Source: Octopus sinensis (Eukaryota). From it: a stretch of 19,902 nt of DNA. The notes under the pieces were generated by a model. That model was not told the origin of the DNA. It made no database searches and saw only the letters and a list, made by a program, of their open reading frames with translations. Shown here one piece after another: positions 1 through 8,336 of the stretch; the first letter of the stretch is position 1; every line of letters begins with the position of its first letter. Position numbers and translations under genes: made by a program. The DNA is taken from NCBI RefSeq assembly GCF_006345805.1, contig NW_021824111.1, positions 1 to 19,902 on the forward strand, written 5' to 3'.

Positions 1-131
1 ACCACCATCATCATCACCACCACCACCACCATCACCACTATCATCAGCATCGGCAGCGGCGGCGGCAGCAGCAGCAACAGCATCACCACCACCATCATCA
101 TCACCACCACCACCACCACACCACCCACCAC

Positions 132-172
<41 letters not shown>
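1..172. repeat. Compound trinucleotide microsatellite (CAC/CAT with a short CAG/CGG insert), truncated by the window start
   Basis: Direct reading: accaccatcatcatcaccac...cagcatcggcagcggcggcggcagcagc...catcatcatcatcaa. Confidence 0.97.
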
Positions 173-174
173 AC

Positions 175-352
175 TCTTGTCTCGAGTCCTAGGATTCAGA
201 GGGTCTGTTACCCGGTTTCCATGGCTTCTAAGTCACCGAGGTCACACCATTCCCTCTTGGATGGGCGCTTGTCCGTTGCAAGGTTACCCATATTTACAGC
301 TATGTGGACTGGAGCAACGGGGAAACGAAGTGTCTTGCTCAAGAACAAAACG
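175..352 (-). mobile_element. 5'-truncated SINE remnant with CORE-like plus V/Meta-like domains (diverged relative of family C)
   Basis: Reverse complement reads gttcttgagcaagacacttcgtttccccgttgctccagtccac (CORE-like, shared with the family D copy at ~9790-9840), then gggtaaccttgcaacggacaagcgcccatccaagaggg...ccatggaaaccggg...gactcgag, which parallels the family C 3' half at 1985-2075. Domain names are assigned from recalled consensus motifs. Confidence 0.6.
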
Positions 353-357
353 CTGTG

Positions 358-638
358 CTTATTCTATCGACTTCTTTTGCCCAACCGCTACGTTACGGAG
401 ACGTAAACACACCAGCATCGGTTGTCAAGCGATGTTGGGGGGGACAAACACAGATACACAAACATATACTCACACATACGTATATACGACGAGCTTCTTT
501 ATGACTTCCAAATCCACTCACAAGGCTTTGGTCGGCCCGAGGCTATAGTAGAAGACACTTGCCCAAGGTGTTACGCAGTGAGACTGAACTCGGAACCATG
601 CGGTTCGTAAGCAAGCTACTTACCACACAGCCACTCCT
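358..638 (-). mobile_element. tRNA-derived SINE family A (CORE-like), 3'-incomplete
   Basis: Reverse complement begins aggagtggctgtgtggtaagtagcttgcttacgaaccgcatggttccgagttcagtctcactgcg (Pol III A/B boxes) and aligns with the copies at 3503-3710, 15352-15530 and 16055-16520. Confidence 0.92.
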
Positions 639-639
639 A

Positions 640-842
640 GTTCTTTGAAATATATTACGCGCAACGTGATTGGACCTTCGATCCAATTACCACGCAGCAC
701 TCAACCAATCACAACACAGGACTCAACAAATGTCCAAGCACTCACATGATGGGTATGTTAACCAATCACTGCAGATTAACGTGATAAGCCTATATAAGTC
801 AAATGCTTTCAATATGCAATAATAAAAATTGCTCTCGCTACA
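640..842 (+). promoter_or_regulatory. LTR-like U3/R/U5 remnant: four CCAAT boxes, TATA box, AATAAA, ending in CA
   Basis: ATTGG 669-673, CCAAT 683-687, CCAATCA 705-711 and 762-768, TATATAA 791-797, AATAAA 821-826 and ...CTACA ending at 842, followed by GGTGCACC (resembles a primer-binding site but lacks the T of TGG). No second LTR in the window. Confidence 0.4.
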
Positions 843-1039
843 GGTGCACCAAGAGTGAGATTATTAGGTAATACTCATAGTCTTAGTTGGTCACGGTTGG
901 GAAGCCATCCGTAATGACAGTTGCTTCTTATAGGACCCAATGGAGGGGCTGCCTGTGGGCTCAACCTTCACGGTCCTCCTCCCAGAAATCGAGAGTGGGG
1001 AAGATAGATGGAGTGTCATTATATGAATGTATAATATCC

Positions 1040-1200
1040 CTGCTTGTCTTTGCTGAAAACCTGACTTTGGTAGAGATACCAACCTTCGAACAAACGGCTT
1101 CTCAAACGGTTTGGTTCAAATGAAATCAGATAAGCATGAACTTGATCAATTCTAGAATATACAGAATATACAGATGCCTTGTTAATGAGGTTTCTGGAGA
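1040..1200 (+). pseudogene. Possible decayed Ty3/gypsy-type gag N-terminal fragment
   Basis: One frame reads ...EIPTFEQTASQTVWFK*NQISMNLINSRIYRIYRCLVNEV, loosely like the P-x-F...WF...I...Y start of retrotransposon Gag proteins. It lies just downstream of the LTR-like block. The resemblance is by eye only. Confidence 0.25.
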
Positions 1201-1628
1201 GTTCGGTATTTTATGAGTAGAACAGTAAATGAATAAATGAAAAATAAATAGTCTTTCCTTCTGTTTTTAGAAGATCTACAGAACACGAAGTGGATTCAAC
1301 GTTTTAAGATCTTTAACGCAAATTAATGTTTTATTTCAGACTACGATGCGACATTTATAGGAATTCAATTGTCTAGACATTTTATAACATTATAAAATGA
1401 TTTGATAAAAATAAAATGAATAATAAATATGATAGACGAGACTAATATCTACGCATTGATAGCAAAAGTTATCTGTTACCTACTTGTAATATTCATACTA
1501 TATTTGGTTGTTTAGCTTAGAAACAAAACCAGATGAGTGGGGGAAGATGGATTGTCGCCAGACTTCATACTAATATGTTATAAATTATCGGCATCTCTTT
1601 TGTTTTGTTTTTTTTTTTTTTTTAATTT

Positions 1629-1683
1629 TTACCCAGACGAATTAACGGCAAAGTCGATCAAATCGGAATTTGAACTCACGAAA
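1629..1683 (-). mobile_element. Short degraded fragment of SINE family B
   Basis: ggcaaagtcgatcaaatcggaatttgaactca is the reverse complement of the family B tgagttcaaattcc...gtcgactttgcc motif. Confidence 0.65.
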
Positions 1684-1784
1684 TTTACTCCTTCGCTCCG
1701 TCATTTCTTTTAATTTCACTGCTTTGTACTAATACAGGTGTTTACCGAAGACTTATTAAAATAACTTTTTATTTTAAGTAACTA

Positions 1785-1806
1785 TATATATATATATATA
1801 TAATAT
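1785..1806. repeat. (TA)n microsatellite
   Basis: Direct reading; abuts the 5' end of the family C SINE. Confidence 0.9.
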
Positions 1807-1807
1807 A

Positions 1808-2094
1808 GTTGGAGCAGTAGACTCGCGGTCGAGGGATCGCGGGTTCGTATCTCAGACCGGGCAATGTGTGTGTTTATGAGCGAAACACCTAAGCTTCACG
1901 CGGCTCCGGCAGAAGGTAATGGCGAACTTCTGCTGACTCTTTCGCCACAACTTTCTCTCACTCTTTCCTCATGCATCTTGAAGCTCACCTGCGACGGACC
2001 GGCGTCCCATCCAGGTGGGGAACCTATACGCCAAGGAAACCGGGGAACCGGCCCCTATTAGCGAGGCATGGCTCGAGAAGGAACAAACAAACAA
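1808..2094 (+). mobile_element. tRNA-derived SINE family C (tRNA head, CORE-like, V/Meta-like domain, (ACAA)n tail), slightly 5'-truncated
   Basis: B box GGTTCGTATCTC at ~1842-1853; ctgcgacggaccggcgtcccatccagg (V/Meta-like motif); tail gaacaaacaaacaa. Aligns closely with the inverted copy at 11965-12252. Confidence 0.92.
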
Positions 2095-2110
2095 TATATA
2101 TATATACATA

Positions 2111-2154
<44 letters not shown>

Positions 2155-2160
2155 TATATA
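2095..2160. repeat. (TA)n microsatellite
   Basis: Direct reading; abuts the SINE tail. Confidence 0.95.
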
Positions 2161-2367
2161 CATGTCTGAGTTCGTTGCACTGAAGAGCATAGAATGCATA
2201 TTCTGCATTGATTGCGAAATCACAGTGATATGTAACTAAATTCTGTTTTTTAAATGACTTGCTTTGAAGTTTTGCATTCGGTACAATTTGTTTATTTTAG
2301 TAGTTTTGACTGCAAGAGTCCCTCCTAGTGGTGCGGTACCTATGAATAATAGTACCCTCTATATAAG

Positions 2368-2435
<68 letters not shown>

Positions 2436-2687
2436 TATGTGTGTGTACTCGTACGTAAATATATATTTGTAATAGTAAGGTAATGCTATACAACTTCTTA
2501 ATAATCCGTATTATTGATATTGTTTATATATATATTATATATATATATATATATTATATATATATCAAGAAAGTTATAAATAGTGCATACAGTAGTATTG
2601 CTTCCCGTAAAACAAAGCACCATAAGGTTAAAGTATAATATAGAATAGTGGTACATATATTGTATGTATTTTATATATCTATCTATC

Positions 2688-2718
<31 letters not shown>

Positions 2719-2760
2719 AATGTTTCTTTTTATGTCATGTACGCTCATATATACTCTCTA

Positions 2761-2810
<50 letters not shown>
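2368..2810. repeat. Cluster of (TA)n tracts (~2368-2432, 2525-2565, 2680-2716) and a (CT)n(CA)n tract (2761-2810)
   Basis: Direct reading. Confidence 0.95.
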
Positions 2811-2812
<2 letters not shown>

Positions 2813-3331
2813 ATAATTTTCTTTGAAGTAAAGCTAAATTTTATCAAAATTTTTATTGGCTTACTGAGTTAATAATCAAAATTTAAATGGAAATCTCCTT
2901 CAAACAGCGTTGAAAAATTTGCTACAATGACAAGAACTCCAATATGTTCGATTGCATTCTATTAGACAATAACCAATAATTATTTTCATTTTTATGTCTT
3001 TAGTGATTCACTCGCTAACTCTTCGGCAAGTACTACAATAATATTCTTCCGCTGATGATCCAAAAAGATAGTGAAAACTTCTTGATTTACTTTTCCATTA
3101 TACGTCAGTAAGTAATAATATTTGTTTTACTTTTTAATGTATTTTTAATCTTACTTAAGTTATTTTTAAAATGTTCCAATGATTTGAAATATATCAACCT
3201 ACTTTATTTGAAGCTGTAATCAGCCGACTTTTATCTCGGTTCATTACTGCTATTTCGACGACTATCTTTCGTGTACCACAAATAATTCTACAACGACAGC
3301 TGCAGAAAATTACTTTGGAGGTGGCTGTTGT

Positions 3332-3472
3332 GAAGGCGCATGGTGTCGTGATTAGGGTGTTGCATACAAGATAGCATGATCGAGGTTTCGATTTCCGGAT
3401 GGAACCGTGCGTTGTGTTCTAGCGCTAACCACTTCTTTTCACATGGCTCCGGTACAGTCAGCCGTAACGAGT
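3332..3472 (+). mobile_element. Highly degraded 5' half of SINE family D
   Basis: gaaggcgcatggtgtcgtgattaggg...gatcgaggtttcgatttccgg...gcgttgtgttc parallels the reverse complement of the 5' end of the 9584-9912 copy. Confidence 0.6.
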
Positions 3473-3502
3473 TCCACCAATGTTTGGAAAGTTACCAGTT
3501 GA

Positions 3503-3710
3503 ATAGGCATAGGAATGGATGTGTGGTAAGTAGCTTGCTTACGAACCGCATGGTTCCGGGTTCAGTCCCACTGCGGGGCACCTTGAGCAAGTATCTTCTA
3601 CTACAGCCTCGGGCTGACCAACGCCTTGTGAGTGGATTTGGTAGACGGAAACTGAAAAAAGCCCGTCGCATATACGTATATATATAGATATGTGTGTTGT
3701 GTGTGTTTGT
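3503..3710 (+). mobile_element. SINE family A, 5' half ending in its internal TA/GT microsatellite
   Basis: gtgtggtaagtagcttgcttacgaaccgcatggttccgggttcagtcccactgcggggcaccttgagcaagt...ggaaactgaaaaaagcccgtcg aligns with 16055-16220. Confidence 0.93.
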
Positions 3711-3769
3711 AATAGATGGTTTCGTGTAAGGAGACTTAAGTATATTGCTTAAAGATTCCTCTTATAAAA

Positions 3770-3820
3770 CATATTCTGTTGTGTCTGGGGCGAGTAATTT
3801 TGTTTTTGTGCCTTATAATT
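3770..3820 (+). repeat. 51-bp partial third copy of the palindrome arm sequence
   Basis: catattctgttgtgtctggggcgagtaattttgtttttgtgccttataatt matches the left arm around 4055-4105 and the reverse complement of the right arm. Confidence 0.9.
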
Positions 3821-4000
3821 ACATATGTACACGTATATATGTATATACGTGTATATACATATATATATGTATATATATACACACATATATATATACATAT
3901 GTATATATATACATATATATATATATACGTGTGTGTATATATATGTGTGTATGTGTATTATAGTTTTTATATAGTATATATATATATATATATATATATA
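3821..4000. repeat. Compound (TA)n/(TG)/(CA) microsatellite
   Basis: Direct reading. Confidence 0.95.
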
Positions 4001-4367
4001 TTTCGTTTTGGGATTTGGTTTGCAAGATTCTTTATATGAGTTCGTGTGTTGATGCATATTCTGTTGTGTCTGGGGAGAGTTATTTTCTTTTTGTGCCTTA
4101 TAATTTAACACACTCACCGGTAAAATTTCCACTTATTTCTTATTTTTATTTTCCTAAAATTTTCGTTGCGTCTTGCAACCTTTTCAGCAGTCTTGACGCA
4201 ACGAAAATTTTAGGAAAATAAAAATAAGAAATAAGTGGAAATTTTACCGATGAGTGTGTTAAATTATAATGCACAAAAAGAAAATTACTCGCCCCAGACA
4301 CAACAGAATATGCTCTAACACACGAACTCATATAAAAAAATCTTGCAAACCAAATCAAAAAACGAAA
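4001..4367. mobile_element. Fold-back (palindromic) element: 172/173-bp inverted arms with a 22-nt spacer
   Basis: Arm 4001-4172 versus the reverse complement of 4195-4367: about 10 mismatches plus 1 indel by hand count, with the innermost 55 bp perfect. The ORF track confirms it, as near-identical peptides appear on opposite strands (4015..4221 + and 4146..4358 -). The repeat is certain; its status as a mobile element is inferred. Confidence 0.8.
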
Positions 4368-4865
4368 TTATAAAACATAGTTTTCGTTGCGCCGACATTT
4401 GTAATCGCAGTCTCTTCCATGAAACATTCAACCATCACAAACCATTTTTTTTTCTGTTTTGCTTTGTTAAAGTTTGAGATTATCCGTTAGTGATAATATT
4501 TTATGGACAATATTTAGGATATCAATGAATGATATAACTTCAAGTTTGAAGGTATTGCGTCTGTATGGTTATAAGTATTTATGATATTACATCCTGTCAG
4601 CCGATCTAGATATCTACATATTTGTGATTTCAATATCTTCTTTTAGTCTTTAGGCATTTATTACTCAGTGATAGTGTTTCGTGTATGATGACTTAGACAT
4701 TTATGATCAAGTTACAACTGTAAAAAAAAATTATTAAAAATCGTAGTATGTATTTTCGTTAATATTTTTCTCGTACTTTTTATTGTCTGACGTATAAGAC
4801 AAGAGTTGCGTAGTTACAGCCGCCATTTGCAGAAACGTACAGCGTTTGAGTGTGTATATCAATTC

Positions 4866-5027
4866 TGTTCTTTTACTTGTTTCAGTAATTTGGACTGCGG
4901 CCATGCTGGAGCGCCACCTTAAAGGGTTTTTTTCCTCGAAGAAATCGACCCCAGGACTTATTCTTTGTAAGCCTAGTACTTATTTTATCGGTCTCTTTTG
5001 CCGAACCGCTAGATTATGGGGACGTAA
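4866..5027 (-). mobile_element. SINE family A, 3' half
   Basis: cttttacttgtttcag...gactgcggccatgctggagc...gaccccaggacttattctttgtaagcctagtac...ggggacgtaa is the reverse complement of the 16365-16510 region. Confidence 0.9.
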
Positions 5028-5075
5028 TCACAGATACAAAGACACACACATACGCGCGCGCGCACATATCAGCTT

Positions 5076-5210
5076 GTTTACGTTCCTGCAACTTAGTGGT
5101 TCGATGGCAAAAGAGACCGGTGACAAAAGAGACTGCTGATTTGTTCGACTAAACTCCTCAAAGCAATGCCCCAGCATAACCGCTATCAAATAGCAGATAC
5201 AAAAAAAGAG
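5076..5210 (+). mobile_element. Diverged SINE family A 3' half, head-to-head with the 4866-5027 copy
   Basis: gtttacgttcctgcaacttagtggttcg...gcaaaagagacc...gatttgttcgactaaa...ccccagcat...aaaagag matches the family A 3' half with an internal deletion. Confidence 0.8.
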
Positions 5211-5220
5211 GAAGATAATC

Positions 5221-5306
5221 TGTCTGTCTATCTGTATGTCTCTCCCTGCCTCTCTCCCTCTTTCTCTCTCTCTCTGTATATATATATATATATATATACA
5301 CACACA
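5221..5306. repeat. Compound (CT)n(TA)n(CA)n microsatellite abutting the mariner TIR
   Basis: Direct reading. Confidence 0.93.
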
Positions 5307-5385
5307 TTGGGTCATCTCATAAATAATGCGGTTTTTTATACTTCATTTATTTTCAAAATTAAGATAAACAAAGTTCTTTCTTTTT

Positions 5386-6639
5386 TTAATCTAAAATATA
5401 CTCTCCTTCATTTTCTGCAATGCTCATCCATCTATCTGGTAGACTTGTAAGGTCCCTCTTCCAAAATTCACTTAACTGCGACGAAAAATACTCCTCCAGT
5501 ACTGTTCTGACCTCGTTTACAGAATTCATATTTTTTCCGTCCAAATGATTTTGAAGACTGCTGAATAAATGATAATCAAATGGGGCAATGTCCGGTGAAT
5601 ATGGTGGGTGGGGCATCGTTTCCCATTCAAACTGCTCCAGCCTTTGGAATGTCATCCTCGCTGTATGTAGCCGAGCAATTATCCTGATGGAAGAACACCT
5701 TTCGTCATTTTTCTTCTCGTGCTGACTTAAGCCACTCAAGCTGCTCGCAGTAGATTTCCTTTGTTATGGTTTGGTTTGGGTTTAAAAGTTCAAAGTGGAC
5801 TAAACCTTTGATATCCCATCAAAAAAGATAACACCTTACGTGGGTGAAGACTTTCTTTAGCCTGGGGTGCCCGTGTTTCTCCTTTCCCTACCCCACTGTC
5901 TTCGGCGCTTGACCTTTTTATAGATAACTCATTTCTCGTTACCAGTCGCTATTCGGTCCAGAATGGGTTCATTGGTGAGACATAGCAGCAAAGAAAAACA
6001 CACATACACTCTCTGCGCGCGATTTGACTCGGAAAGTTTGTGAGGAAGCCATTGACCCAATTTACTGGCTTTTCCGATGGCACGCTGGTGTTGATGATTG
6101 GTTGAATGAATCCAAGCTTCTCTGCTAGTTTTTCAAGAATTACGATGGGATTTTGTTCCACCAGGGTTTGCAAGACGTCCTCGGTGAGCTCTACTGATCT
6201 TCCAGGACGAGGCTCGTCTTCTAGGTTTTAGTTTCCTATTTCTTTATTGCCCACAAGGGGCTAAACACAGAAGGGACAAACAAGGACAGACAAACGGATT
6301 AAGTCGATTACATCAACCCGAGTGCGTAACTGGTACTTAATCTATCGACCCCGAAAGGATGAAAGGCAAAGTCGACCTCGGTGGAATTAGATCTCAGAAC
6401 GTAACGGCAGACGAAATACGGCTACGCATTTCGCCCGGCGTGCTAACGATTCTGCCAGCTCGCCGCCTAGGTTGTGATTTCCATCGCGGGATTTCTGGAA
6501 CCACCATTGACACTGACTTACGCTTATTGACCGATTCCCCTACATTGCATTATTATTCATCGCATTTTCCTTTGCGTTGTTGCCATTCTTAAAACTCATA
6601 AAGCAAAATATGCCAAATATGCTGTTTTGTCACTTCCAT
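5386..6639 (-). pseudogene. Mariner transposase pseudogene (multiple stops and frameshifts, SINE insertion)
   Basis: ATG at 6639: MEVTKQHIWHILLYEF...QCQWWFQKSRDGNHNL [SINE] EDEPRPGRSVELTEDVLQTLVEQNP...GKASKLGQWLPHKL (WVPHEL motif)...LDRIATGNEK* (TGDEKW, first catalytic D mutated to N)...FFHQDN/ARLHTA...HPPYSPDIAPFDYHLF (YSPDLAP motif)...EGEYILD, stop at 5386-5388. There are 34 residues between the second and third D. Confidence 0.95.
6237..6466 (-). mobile_element. Full-length SINE family B (Nin/Deu-like central domain) inserted in the mariner ORF, with a 16-bp TSD
   Basis: Reverse complement: gcggcgagctggcagaatcgttagcacgccgggcgaaatgc...gaggtcgactttgcctttcatcctttcggggtcgat...aaagaaatagg. TSD copies ctaggttttagtttcc (6221-6236) and ctaggttgtgatttcc (6467-6482) are 13/16 identical. 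Confidence 0.93.
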
Positions 6640-6828
6640 TATAGCTTTGACAAAAATAACTCATAAAATCGAACTGCAATTCTTCAAAACTTGCGCTAAG
6701 AATAAGGACGAGATAAAATTACTACCTGTTTCTATAGCAAGTTGATGCAGGCAGTTAATCCCAACCCCCTCCGACTTTTAGTCCATACAATTGAAAAAAA
6801 TCCCATTATTTATGGGATGAGAAAATGC

Positions 6829-6939
6829 ATACACACATACATACATACATACATACATACATGCATACATACATACACACATACACACATACACACACAC
6901 ATACATACATACATACATATATATATATATATACATGCG

Positions 6940-6991
<52 letters not shown>

Positions 6992-7009
6992 CACACACAC
7001 ACACTCACA
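6829..7009. repeat. Compound microsatellite (CATA)n(TA)n(CG)n(CA)n abutting the other mariner TIR
   Basis: Direct reading; includes a (CG)n run at ~6938-6949. Confidence 0.96.
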
Positions 7010-7149
7010 TATTAAGCCCTATTGCTTCTGAACAGGCAGCAGTTGTTTTCCAAACTATCGATAATTAAAGCGGTTATTAACTCTTATAATGAATATGACA
7101 TTTTATTCCTTTACCAATTTCTCTCTTGGTCGACAACGACTGCGACTGC

Positions 7150-7198
7150 GCCACCATCATCACCACCACCACCACCACCACCACCACCGCCGCCACCA
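7150..7198. repeat. (CAC)n trinucleotide repeat
   Basis: Direct reading; source of the poly-Pro in the 7022..7291 ORF. Confidence 0.92.
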
Positions 7199-7540
7199 GA
7201 GGACGCCAGTGGCGTTCGGAGCGTTAACGGCATTAACACGGTTTATGAGGTAATTACGGATGGCGCGAGGAGTAGTAACATTCATCTTTAATTCTCTAAG
7301 ATTGTATATTGCGGTTCTGCTGAACTTTAGTGGATGTAATTAATGTCGTTAGTTTATTGAATATAACTGACACCCAATAATTATATTCGGATCCGTTTTA
7401 CAATCGAGATGAGACATCGAGAAAAACCATAGCAATTTTTTTCTTCTTTTCGCGAATACCAGCGAACGACGGCGATTTCGCTTTCTGTTTATCATTACTT
7501 ACACAAAGCCAGACATCTTTTGACATTTACGTGGCCATAT

Positions 7541-8336
7541 TGTATGTGTGTGTATGCGTGTATGTGTGTGTATGTGTGTGTGTATGTGCGTGCATGTGTG
7601 TGTAAATGTGTGTGTGTATGTGCGCCTGTTTATATGCGCGTGTATGTGTGTGCTTGTCTGTATATGTGCGTGTGTGTACGCCTGTGTGTTTGTGTATATG
7701 CGTGTGTATGTGTGCTTGTATGCGTGTATGTGTGTGTATGAGTGTGTGTGTATGTATGTGTATGTGTGTGTAAATGTGTGTGTAAATGTGTGTGTGTATG
7801 TGCGCCTGTTTATATACGTGTGTATGTGCATGTATGTGTGCTTGTATATGTGTGTAAATGTGTGTGTGTGTATGTGCGCCTGTTTATATGCGCGTGTATG
7901 TGTGCGCGTGTCTGTATATGTGCGTGTGTGTCCGCCTGTGTGTTCGTGTATATGCGTGTGTATGTGTGCTTGTATGCGTGTGTAAGTGTGTGTGTGTGTT
8001 TGTGTTTCTGTGTGAGAGCGTGTTTGTATATGTCTATGTGTGTGTGTGTTTGTATGCGTGTGCATGTGTATATGTGAGTGCGTGTATATATGCATGTATC
8101 TGTGCCCGTATGTATGTTTGTGTGTGTATACAAGTGTACATGTGTATGTGTGTGTATGTATGTATGTGTGTGTGTGTGTGTGATTGTGTTTGTATGGGCG
8201 TGTGCTTTTGCGCGCGTGTATAACTGTGTGCGTGTATTTATCCATGAGTGTGAATGTGTGTGTGAGTGTACTTGTATATATGTGTGTCTGTGTGTCTGTG
8301 TGTCGTGTATGTGTGTTGTGTATGTGTGTGTGTGTG
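7541..8336. repeat. ~800-bp degenerate (GT/AT/GC) alternating purine-pyrimidine tract with higher-order duplications
   Basis: Anchor taaatgtgtgtgtgtatgtgcgcctgtttatat occurs at 7603, 7783 and 7855; the ~125-bp block 7603-7728 is duplicated at 7855-7983. Confidence 0.95.

Larger units (their letters stand above)
5307..6825 (-). mobile_element. Full-length decayed mariner (Tc1/mariner, DD34D) DNA transposon; 1273 bp after removing the nested SINE and one TSD copy
   Basis: TIR ttgggtcatctcataaataatgcggttttt (5307-5336) and inverted copy aaaaatcccattatttatgggatgagaaaa (6796-6825), 24/30 identical. The TIR resembles recalled mariner TIRs of the TTxGGT...TAATTGCGGTTTT type. A complete transposase pseudogene lies between them. 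Confidence 0.93.

Noticed and set aside
3045-3090. CTGATGA...GAAA hammerhead-like spacing
   Set aside because: No credible stem II and no stem I partner.
4819-4829. YY1 consensus GCCGCCATTTG
   Set aside because: An isolated short motif with no other promoter evidence.
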